64,000 bases of DNA, from positions 46,504-110,503 of the forward strand of contig NIVC01002218.1 of NCBI GenBank assembly GCA_002269645.1. Reading direction: 5' to 3'. This DNA is from Macrostomum lignano. Its lineage: Eukaryota. The position numbers and the translations under genes are program-made. Below are positions 1-11,300 of this stretch, piece after piece (position 1 is the stretch's first letter; each line of letters starts with the position of its first letter). Below the pieces are notes generated by a model. That model worked only from the letters and a program-made list of their open reading frames with translations, was not told where the DNA came from and ran no database searches.

Positions 1-19
1 ATTCTACAGGCAAGCTTAC

Positions 20-3000
20 ATGCTGGCATTCAGGCTCATCAGGATGCTTTCAAGAATTTGTGTCTTTTTCGCCCAATCCGCCGTGTTTTTCAGCTCGGTA
101 ATATTCACTGATTGCCTAAAAATCAAAGGTTAAATAATCGGATAAATGCTACTAATAAATTGAAACTACTAGTAGTAGGCTAAACGGCCATATTCGCACA
201 ATCTTCAGAAATAGCTTACAAAGCCTGCGGCGTGTAACGCCAGCTTGACTGCCAAGACGGCAGCCGGTAGGTGACGTCATTCTTACTCTGATTGCAGGCC
301 TGATCCGGGGGCTTTGAGAACCGGTTCACTTTGTCGTAGCGCATTCGCAGCTCCAGGTGCTGGCCAGGGCTGGCTGTCAGGGCCTTGTCTCGCCAGGGAA
401 ATTGGCCGACTGGAACAACTACCACCTGTGCATTGGATTTTGGTGGATTACAGACAGGTGCTGATATTGTCTAGCAGGTGTTTATACTGTGTCTAACAGG
501 CGCTGATACTGTGTCTAACAGGTGCTGATACTGTGTCTAACAAATGCTGATATTGTGTCTAACAGGTGCTGATATTGTCTAACACGTGCTGATATTGCCT
601 AACAGGTATTGATACTGTGTCTAACAGGTGCTGATATTGTCTAACAGGTGCTGATATTGTCTAACATGTGCTGATATTGTCTAACAGATGTCTAACAGGT
701 GTCTAACAGGTGTTTAACAGAACGTCTGTTACCTGCATTGCGCTGAAACTGTCGTCATTGGGATTTTCAACGCCTGGGAAGACCACCCGGGACATTCGAT
801 CAATTCCCGGCAGCTGCTGTCCCAGAGAGTCCGTGGCATCCGTGAAGTAGCTCACAGTCAGCGTGGAATCTGTCGCCTTCACGTCCTTGCTCTGCTGCAC
901 CCATTTCTCCTGGTTGAACCGGTGGCAGACGCCGAATTCCGGATGGAACACCGTCGTGAAGTCGTCGATAGTGCACAGATGCTCGCCAAAGGTGCAGCCC
1001 GTGAAGCCGATGCCCATGCTGCTGCTGAACCGGCTGGCCAGCAGGGCGCTGCCGATGCGGTCCCGAACCAGGCCCGGGATGCTCTTCGTCTTGCGGGCTG
1101 CGGTTTGTGTCCGAGAATGGATGTGTCCGAGAATAGGTGTGTCCGAGACTGGGTGTGTCCGAAACTGGGTGTGTCTAAAACTGGGTGTGCCTGAGACTGA
1201 GTGTGTCCAAAACTGCATGGGTGTGTCCGAGACTGGGTGTGTCCGAAACTGCACGAGTGTGTCTGAGACTTGGTGTGTCTGAGACTGGATGTGTCCGAGA
1301 CTGGGTGTGTCCGAGACTTGGTGTGCCCGAGATTGGTGTGTCCGAGACTGGGTGTCCAAGATTGAGTATCCGAGATTTGGTGGGTCCGACACTAGGTGTC
1401 CGAGACCTTACGAGTATCCGAGACTGGGAAATTGTACTGGGAAAATTGCATTGTCCAGTCTATAGAATACTATGTACAGTACTGGAGTCCTTGCATTGTC
1501 CTTGCAGGTCTCCGAGACTAGGTGGCTAGACTGGGTGTTCGAGAATATTTAATTTCTGGAAAACAGGGAGAACATTCTGGAGGACGCTTTACATATTTTT
1601 GGTTTATGTAGAGCGCGATACTACTCACAGCAGGCATCGATGCTGCATGAGCTTAGTAGTATCTCGTCATTGGTGATTGAAATCGGACAGACTGGTTTAG
1701 CGGTGTCCACTATAGTTGTCCGGCTGAAAAAGTTAGCGCAAAATTATTTGTTATTATTCTGTAACTTTATTAACTATATAAACTCAAAGATGACTTTTCT
1801 ACTGGTAGTGGTTTGGATTTGGTTTTCAAGTATTTAAGTTTTTAATTGCATTGTCCAGTTAATAAAATACTATGTACTGGGTAAATTGCATTGTCCAGTC
1901 CATAGAATACTGTGTACTGCATAGGGTCCTTGCATTGTCCAGTCCATAGAATACTGTGTACTGCATAGGGTCCTTGCATTGTCCAGTCCATAGAATACTG
2001 TGTACTGCATAGGGTCCTTGCATTGCGCAGTCTATAGAATAATATACTACGTTGACGATTACAGATGTTATATCCAAAGCTCGCTTACATGAAGTAATGT
2101 CGGCCGGTCTTCTGCTCGGTTACCGCTGCATCCAGAAGAACCCTGGCCGCTCGACAGAAATTGTTCGCCTTCCTGCCATTGGTGTACAGCTCGAAGTCCG
2201 GGGTTTCGATGTACACATCAAGGATATTGACTGGAAGGGGGGCGTATGTCAGACAGTCACGGGATGACAGCTGTGTGTCAGACAGTTATGGGATGACAGC
2301 TGTGTGTCAGACAGTTATGGGATGACAGCTGTGTGTCAGACAGTCACGGGATGACAGCTGTGTGTCAGACAGTCATGGGATGACAGCTGTGTGTCAGACA
2401 GTCACGGGATGACAGCTGTGTGTCAGACAGTCACGGGATGACAGCTGTGTGTCAGACAGTCACGGGATGACAGCTGTGTGTCAGACAGTCACGGGATGAC
2501 AGCTGTGTGTCAGACAGTCACAGTATGTATCAGTATTCCAGACTTCGGGGTGCTTCAGGATATCTGAACTAATTAAAAGATGTGTCAGGAAGTCTAACAC
2601 GGCGGTGCAGTGGAATGCATTGAAGGTCTACCAGCGCTCACCAGTCAGGATGGAGGGTTCAGCATCGAAGCGGAAGGTCCGAGAGCCGTTAAGAAGCGCC
2701 TGTCGCATCGCAGTCCAGTCTATGCAGGAGTCCTTGGTGTTGGTGAGGCTCTTGTAGCCAGTGTAGCGCAGGTACTCCCCGCTGCTCACCTGGTCCTCGC
2801 TATTTAATGCCAAACAGTCAAACCCGGGCGAGATCGCTGGTGAAAGATTAACAAAAAAAATGAAATTTAATTTTAGTCGAAATACAACGTATTCTTTGCG
2901 ATACAGTCTACTACAGTGCGATACAGTCTACTACAGTGCGATACAGTCTACTACAGTGCGATACAGTCTACTACAGTGTGATTTAGTCTACTACAGTGCG

Positions 3001-6000
3001 ATAGTCTACTACAGTGGGATACAGTCTACTACAGTGCGATACAGTCTACTACAGTGTGATACAGTCTACTACAGTGTGATACAGTCTACTACAGTGTGAT
3101 GTAGTCTACTACAGTGCGATACAGTCTATTACAGTGTGATGTAGTCTACTACAGTGTGATACAGTCTACTACAGTGCGATACAGTCTACTACAGTGCGAT
3201 ACAGTCTACTACAGTGCGATACAGTCTACTACAGTGCGATACAGTCTACTACAGTGTGATACAGTCTACTACAGTGTGATACAGTCTACTACAGTGCGAT
3301 ACAGTCTACTACAGTGCGATACAGTCTACTACAGTGCGATGTAGTCTACTACAGTGTGATACAACCTACTACAGTAGCTAGTAAAGGCTTACGACAGAAC
3401 GGTACGTTGCAGTAGGTGGCTGACAGCTGTCCGCTGTTGCCTCTATAGAAGCAGTAAGGGCCTTCGTTGAAACTGTCGATTGAAGCTCGGAAAGGAATGA
3501 ACAGCGGGTTGGAACCTGCCCGAATCGGGTTGGAGGCTTTGGTGTGCTTTTGGCTCAATAACTCACCCATGAACTCACTCATGAACTCACTCATGAACTC
3601 ACCCATGAACTCACTCATGAACTCACTCATGAACTCACCCATGAACTCACTCATGAACTCACTCATGAACTCACCCATGAACTCATTAAAGAACTCACTC
3701 ATGAACTCACCCATGAACTCATTAAAGAACTCATGAACATTCACTCTCTTCCATTCACCCAACATACTGATCAGCCCACTCGCATTAAACCGCCAAATCG
3801 CACCTGAGCTCCGAACTTGATAGACAATCGCGGCAGCGTCTCCGCCGCAGGCTTCGGCGATATTTCCCCGGCACTTCCGGTTGCAAGCGAAGTCACTAAG
3901 GGACAGCGCGGTGACATTGCTGACCTCTTCACCGCAGAGGCACTGGTCACCGTGCAGAGCCATGTAGGTGTAATTGGCCACGTAGCAGCACTCCGCGCAG
4001 CGCTCGTGATTCATCCAACCGTATGGATCTTGCAGGCACAGGTGCGGAAAGTCCGCTGCACTCGCATTTTTATCCAGACAGCCAACGTACAGGTGCATCT
4101 GGTCTGGAATATGGTGACTCATTCTCTGGTGCACAAGCTTTAATTTCTCTACCCCCAATGAGTGTACATTGGTGACTCATTCTCCAGCGCACAAGCCTCA
4201 ATTTCTCTACCCCAAAAAGTGTACATTGGTGACTCATTCTTTAGGGCACAAGCCTTAATTTCTCTACCCCCAATGAGTGTACATTGGTGACTCATTCTCC
4301 AGCGCACAAGCCTCAATTTCTCTACCCCAAAAAGTGTACATTGGTGACTCATTCTTTAGGGCACAAGCCTCAATTTCTCTACCCCCAATGAGTGTACATT
4401 GGTGACTCATTCTCCAGCGCAGAAGCCTCAATTTCTCTACCCCCAAAAAGTGTACATTGGTGACTCATTCTTTAGGGCACAGCTAGCCTTAATTTCTCTA
4501 CTCCCAATGAGTGTACATTGGTGACTCATTCTCCAGCGCACAAACCTCAATTTCTCTATCCCCAATGAGTGTACATTGATGACAAATGCTTTCCTAGCCT
4601 GCACCCTCGCAAAAACATGCAATCCTAAAACATAGGCTATTAATCGCAATCTCAGTTATTTTAACAGGCTGAAAAAGGCTCACTCACGAGTGGAATTATC
4701 TTGAAAACTCTTCAGTGGCAAACCGCGGGGCTGCCTGCACCTGCTGTCGTCCTCGGAGTAGCCAATGGCCAAGATTTGAGCTGCCAGCGGCACCCCAGCG
4801 GCCTGAAGCTCCCTGGCCGCAGAATTCCAGCCGATGCAGTTAGCGGTGGACAAGTAGGGAGCAATTTTTGGCAGATTATTCATGTCGGACACTGGTTCCC
4901 TGACCTGGGCGGTGCCGAACAGATGTACGATGGACAAGTTTCCTATGTACTCTTCTCCGCCAAGTGTTGTACGGCAGGTGCTGACAGGGGCTAAAATAAC
5001 CGCAAGTGAAAATAACTAAGTAATACTAGAATGTTGCTACTACCGCGTGTCTAAGAAGTACATAGTGGGATCCTGGGCAATATACTGTGGTTTATTTTTT
5101 GTTCCTACTTGACACAATTTAATCACATTTTATGAAATGATTGTTGCCTTATTATTTGTCTATCCTCTATCTGTCTTATATGCATGCACAAAGGGCTTTA
5201 GCACCAGGGGCGCCAGCACCAGGGGCGCCAGCACCAGGGGCGCCAGCACCAGGGGCGCCAGCACCAGGGGCGCCAGCACCAGGGGCGCCAGCACCAGGGG
5301 CGCCAGCACCAGGGGCGCCAGCACCAGGGGCGCCAGCACCATGGCCAAAAGCATCACAGAATCGCAGTTTCCTCACTGTTCTTTCCATAGTGCAAGGACT
5401 GCGAGATGTTGCTCTCAACTGCCGAGATCACGTGCAGCAGCCCCTGGGCAGCCGGTCCATACTGGGCAGCGCTAGTCGTGCCGGATTCTGGGCTCCAATG
5501 GATGTCGAATTTCAGCTGCTTCTTGCAGTCGGTGTCGCAGGTCAGGGCCCTGGTCAGCTCTTTGATGTTCACCTGGAATGTTGTAAAATATGGCGCTACG
5601 CCTGCAGCAATGGCGCCAGCCAGAAGGGGCACCAGCAAGAACTTCAGTTACTGTAAACTACGGGCGTACCGGTGCACACGTACAGTTGAAATACATCAGT
5701 GCATAAATTGTCATAGCAACCTCGATCCTCAGAGCGCCTCACCTGCGGACTTGCCCGACTCATAGTAACCAAATCGGTCGGGCAAAAGTACACGTCGGGA
5801 AACTCGAACGGCAACGAAGTGCTCAGACTAGTTCTCAGAGGCACCGCGGCGAACTGCTGGCCGAGGCTGTACATGTGGAAAGTGAAGCCGCCGTAGGTGC
5901 CCAGCAGGAAGCAGATCCACAGGCCGCGGCCGATGGCGCCAGTCTGGGCCCCGAAGCGGCCGAGCCCGTGCGCGGTAGTGTAACCGCAGAACTGCCGCAT

Positions 6001-6033
6001 CAGCGACTCGTCATCTTCTTCTTTGGTTGCCAT
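20..6033 (-). CDS. DEG/ENaC (degenerin/ASIC-like) ion channel with kringle and WSC insertions; 3' part (TM2) lies beyond the left window edge
   Basis: Phase-consistent GT-AG exons (minus strand): 6033-5743, 5572-5377, 4990-4688, 4103-3804, 3515-3393, 2836-2642, 2230-2089, 1723-1629, 1097-733, 425-220 and, tentatively, 115-20. Family motifs: pre-TM1 TTAHG, hydrophobic TM1 (LWICFLLGTYGGFTF), FPDVYFC (cf. FPAVTIC), GCTFGEHLCTIDDFTTVFHPEFGVCHRFN, SPGQHLEL and PPDQAC. Confidence 0.9.
490..5340 (+). repeat. Set of distinct intronic minisatellites in the DEG/ENaC gene
   Basis: About 20-22 bp at 490-720; 18 bp at 1120-1425; 44 bp at 1865-2040; 29 bp at 2250-2520; 20 bp at 2900-3365; 12 bp at 3565-3735; about 58 bp at 4110-4575; 15 bp at 5200-5340. 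Confidence 0.9.
3804..4103 (-). other. WSC-domain exon of the DEG/ENaC gene
   Basis: Translation YVGCLDK...ERCAECC...YMALHGDQCLCG...ACNRKCRGNIAEACGG..AIVY matches the 8-Cys WSC pattern. The exon is 300 nt, phase 1-1. Confidence 0.85.
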
Positions 6034-6039
6034 GGAAAC
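6026..6039. promoter_or_regulatory. RFX X-box-like motif overlapping the DEG/ENaC start codon
   Basis: GTTGCCATGGAAAC matches the near-palindromic X-box consensus GTTNCCATGGNAAC. Confidence 0.45.
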
Positions 6040-6429
6040 CAGATTCGATAATATATTAATTATTATTTTTTTAAACTGTTTTAATAGGGTTTTAAGAGGG
6101 TTTGACTTTTTATGGAATTAATTTAACGGCGAGGGTAGCCATTAATGATAGTTAAATCCTTGGGAATCCTTGGGATTGGGAAGGCTGCTGATTGGCCAGT
6201 GTTTGTATCTAATTAATCTGACCAGCATGAATTTTACTGACGCGCAATCAATTTTAGTAGAACTCTTTAGTCTCTTGAGTTAAATTTGCTCAATTAATTA
6301 TAATTAAAACAATATTATAGACGCCCGCTAACCTGTGAGTTAATTAAAAAAGCTTCACATATCCCATAATGCTTTGAATGGTTTGATTCCATAATAATTA
6401 TGAATAATTTATTACATGTATACCCTGCC

Positions 6430-6975
6430 CTAATGGGCACAGGTGCAACCGACAGCTCAGCCGCATCTGAAGGCTGCGTACGGCTGTTCAGTTACTCATC
6501 AATTACCCCAGCTAATGCTGGCACCCATTTTACAGCTGGGAACTGAAGCAATTCAGAGCTAAAGTCAAGGACCACTGTAGTATATAACAGGACGTAAAAC
6601 TAAAATTCCTGGGAAAAATACACTGCGGAGATAGAAAAAATATTATTTCATCCCACAATCAAAGATTGCATTTGATCTGAGGCAGTGAAGATTATTATTC
6701 TTTTAATTTATATGTAACATGCACAGCATGTCACTCTGTTATGTTCTCTATAGTTGTGATGAAAAAAAGGAATTCTTCCTTTCTCCCTGGGGCATTCTTT
6801 CTAAGAAATTGGCCTCCAAAAATACACGATCTTTGAGTTTTACGGCCTGTTATACGAAATATACGACTACTATACAGTGGTCCTTAAGGTCCTTAATCCT
6901 CAAGCTTAGTGGCTTGCTCAAAACCTGCAATTTGTTCTGTGTGGGTTAAGAATCGAACCCCCGACCTTTCTAATC
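6430..6975 (+). mobile_element. Possible L2/MIR-like SINE or LINE tail, interrupted by a TIR element at 6566-6885
   Basis: Segments GCTGGCACCCATTTTACAGCTGGG...AAAGT and AGTGGCTTGCTCAA...GAATCGAACCC resemble the L2-type 3' tail as I recall it. No database check was possible. Confidence 0.3.
6566..6885. mobile_element. Degenerate MITE of the CAAGGAC-terminus family
   Basis: Ends AAGGACCACTGTA / TACAGTGGTCCTT with inner inverted repeats AACAGGACGTAAAACT / AGTTTTACGGCCTGTT. The left part is clearly homologous to the arm of 15821-16887. No clean TSD. Confidence 0.7.
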
Positions 6976-8318
6976 GCTATCGCTGTGTATAAAATAGTGT
7001 AGGCAAATTCGGTATTCGCGGGTGGATTCTCTATTGGTGTGAATTGTGATTCAGGTGGAATTTGCGTTTTTTAGGTTGCAGCTGTGCACACGACCGGGTG
7101 CACTTTGGCGACTGGCTGACTGTATAAATTTAGACTTAAGGCCTCCCTTCCCCTTTCCTTGTCGTTTGTCTTCCCCGTACTTGTGTTTTGATTGACTGCG
7201 GCTCTCCTCGCTCTCGCACTACTCGCTGTTTTTGCGTGTGGCATTAGTTTGAATTCTATGTAAAAAGTGACTGAATTAGTCACAATCGGGTGTGCGCAAC
7301 AGAGAACGATCAAGTTTTGTGAACATGTGAAGATCGATCGCGTCAAATTTGGTCTGGCTGTCACTATAAAATTTACTGAAACAAGTAGTATGCGAAGCTT
7401 ACATTGTGCATCAACCTGCAACTAGCATGGGTACGGAACCAACCGCGGGTAATCATAGGCCGGTGGATTCTGTAATACACTGTATGTCTACAGATTATAG
7501 ATTACATGTTCATACTGTACACATGTTTTTGTTGAGCCATCATGTACATGCATGTAATGCGGGCTAGGCGGATTCTGTGTATTTGGGTGCTATTGTGGCG
7601 GATCCCGCTTCGGGCGGGTTACGCTTACGGCGGATATAAACGATATTGATCAGGGGGGACTACATACACTGCATGTTACAATTGCAGATATAGCAATCAC
7701 GGGACTCGTAGGAGACTATAAATCATGAAATTTAGAACTATTTTGGATCCAGTAGTAACTTAGTAAGTACTTTACTGGAACAGGTAGCTTTAAAACCTAA
7801 GTACACACAATTGTATGCACGAGTGTTAATTCTAAATAATTAAAATTTGAAATGAAAAAATGCATTTATGCATTTAAAATTTTAGCGAGTTATATTTAGG
7901 AATTTACGATTGATTTTAAAACAAATGATGTCAAAAAGTTTCACACGTTTTACTTAAAAAACCCTTGATTGTTTTTAGAGCATACAAATTGTAAAAGTTT
8001 TTTATGAATACAAAGAAAATTACTTTTAACTAAGAGCTGGTGTACGCTGACTGTATCTTAGGAATATTTCCAATTTAATAAGCCCACTCACAATTTGCTA
8101 AGCACAAATTTCTTAGAAAGACGTAAACACCCTTTCCTGTCCGTTTGGTAGTCAGCTGATCTTCTTCCTTGTTAGTTTAAAAAAAGTTTCCTGTTTAGAA
8201 ACCTAAAGCTGTTTTTTGCAATATTTCGTTGTTTTTCTGTATGTTTTCTAGAATTCAAGTAGCTTGCTGAGTTACTAGGTAGTTTTATTCAATTTACTTT
8301 GTGTGCTTTCACTTCAGA

Positions 8319-11300
8319 ATGGCAAGTAGTGCAAACAGCAAGGAATTTATTGTTAATCAAAAATATCGTCTTATTAAGAAAATTGGAAGTGGTTCATTTG
8401 GAGAAATCTACCTCGGTGTAAACCAAACAAATGGAGAGGTATGGATGTTTTTATTTGAATTTACTGTTTAAATATTGTTGACAATGTTGTGATAAAATTT
8501 AACTTTAATGTTTTTTATTAGTTTTCAGCTTAGTTTTGAAGTTTGTACATTATTATTAGCCTAACCTCTATTGCTTCCAAACTTAAGATCATATTAAGTA
8601 ATGGGCTTTTAACAGTCCAAATTTAACTATAGTGCATGCTAGAAGTTTAAAGAAGAATAACATCTTATTCTTATTTTGGCTCCAGGATGGAATTCTTGCT
8701 TGGGGGTAGGAAAACGCACACGCATGTTTTTGGAGCAGCACGCAAGTGTGCACACCAGCTGTAAAAAATTCATAAAGCAGATCATGGCAGGCCCATGCAC
8801 TAAAAATGAAATTTCTAGTTTTTCAATTCTTATGCCAACGTAAACTAGAAAGTTGTACTTTAAGTGTAAAGTAGCTTGATCACTATAATTTTTACAGAAA
8901 ATATTCTTTAAAAATTATAAGAGTTTCACTAAACTTTAAAGTAACTATTTTTGCTAAAAACTATTCTTCTTTGTTTTACTTTTGTTTAAAATTTTCTGGC
9001 ATAAAAACAACCTTCTAGACTAGGCCTATAAAAAGTAGGAGAACTTGAGCGCGCATATACTACATGGCATATAACCATGTTGAATGCATATAAAAGTCAA
9101 ATCCTATTTGTGATTCTGCGGCAAACAGCTTCTTTGCAAGCGCATATGATGGAGTAAGCATACACCTTTAAGAGCGCGCAAGTAGGCTCCTTTTCAGTGC
9201 GCAAGCGGGCACAAATTTGACAAGCGCGCACAAATGCGTAACAACTTTTGTGCAAGAATTCCATCCTGGTTTTGGCTCCTAGCTAGGCCTAAATATTTGA
9301 ATACATGCTAGTATATACATACATACATATATGAAAAATTCCTCATTGGCTTTTGTTTTTTGTATTTTTTCATTTTAATAAAAATAAATTAATAGCTTTA
9401 TTAGGCTTTCTAGTTTTGTAGGCAGTAGGCTTAGTCTTAGCCTTCCTATTATTTTTTTTAATTTAGAAACAACTGGAAGTTGGAAGCCTATACTCTATAT
9501 TCTCAAAGGCGCATATATAAGGTGGCCACACCAAGGTAGCTACAACCTATAGGTATAGCTCTAAATTGGCTTATACAAAGAGAGATAGCTTTTAACTTTT
9601 TTTAAATTACTATTGTAGCTCTAGGTGCAACCCATTTTGGCAAAGGAATTTTTAGCAAAAATGCTACACTCAGGAAGGTGTACATTATGGTGGAAAATTC
9701 CGGCAGACATCAACGAAAAATATGTGCAAAGTGGCGCACACGGTGAACAACAAAGGCTTAGCAGAAGTTTTTAGCGCACAGTGGTACATAGCAAAACCTA
9801 ATCAGAAAAATTTAGCTCACAATGAGTCACCTAAATGTATAATCTGCATATGCAGTGCATAAAATAAGCTTTAAGATTACGTTTTTTCCAAGCATATCAA
9901 TAAAAAATTGTTGTTTCTTGGTAAGTGAAATGAATAATAAAATTCAAAATGGGATTTTCCCGTAAAGTTAAAGCTATTTCTTTTGAGAATTTTCTACGTG
10001 AGCTAAAAAAAGCAAAAGTTTTGAGTTAAAAAAAGCCTACATAAGGTACGAAAATTTATCCGTTTTTTTAGTTTTGTTTTAATTGGATTTTTACTGAGTT
10101 TTTAGTGCTACAGCGCATTAGTTAGCTATGTATTTGTCAATAAACGAATGTACACCTCGGTGCACAAATTCATATTTTAGCTTCGCGCACAGCGCACACT
10201 CCAAAAATATGCTGAAATATTATGTTGAGTAGTCAAGAAATGTTAAGCAAGTAATCTGCACATTTTTATGCAGCATTTTTTATAGTCATACTGTCATAAT
10301 GTCATTTTATATAAAGATATATATGAATATATTGTATCATAAATAATTTATATTATTTTTAAATGTTTTTATTACTTTATTTGAAATTAAATAATAAATA
10401 ATAATCAAAATAAATGAATAATATTAAAGTAATAAAAATATACTAATAAATTTTTGCTTATATGTGTCATTCCATGAGAGTTCTATGAAACAAAGGCTGC
10501 AGCACTAAGTTGTCTAGCTAAGTTGTAATTGCCAAATATGACATCCATATTTCTAGGAGTGTCTAGCTGTAGTTGCAGCTGGTTAGCTAGCCAAATTCTT
10601 GTATAAGGATCTGAAGAAATTCTTAGATGGAATAAAAAAATAGTGATAATATTTCCAGTTAGTGTTCCATTTAGTTATTTTTTGTATAATAATACCAAGA
10701 TGTGCACAACAATACAACTGATACAATTGTTAAAAAAAGGAAAATGCCTTGTTGAAATTTCATTGCCATATTGATATTTCATATATTGAAGGGCATTTTT
10801 ACCCTATATATATTATCTATATAAACACCCATAAAAATACTCAACTTTTCAACTTGACCTGAGTAAAATTTCTTGACAGTCAAGTAGTTGAAAAAAGAGT
10901 AAATTACTCAACATGTAGAATACTCAGTTGAGTACTTGTTTGGCCTCTAGCAACAAGGTCCTAAACCTAGGTAGTCTAATACTATATGCCCATAGTCTAT
11001 AATATAAGGCAGCTTTTATGCTAAAATTTTGCCTCTTACTAAGGATCTTAATATAGCAAAAATGGCCAAGTTCAGGTTTGGCATATATGGTATAGCCTAA
11101 TTGTGATTAAAGAAAACTTTTTAAAATAAAAATTCATACATGCGCAACCTTGGGAATCACTTGGCCATTTCTTTTGGCAACACACACATGTAAGTCGCTA
11201 TTGGCTGAGAGCAGTCACGTGACTACTATTCCATCCAATAGCAACTTACATGTGTGTGTTGTCAATAGAAATGGCTGGGTGAATCCTTAGGTTATGCCCA

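Noticed and set aside
5573-5742. ORF-track extension LVPLLAGAIAAG as a second hydrophobic segment of the channel
   Set aside because: Phase analysis places this stretch in intron 1 (donor 5742, acceptor 5573).
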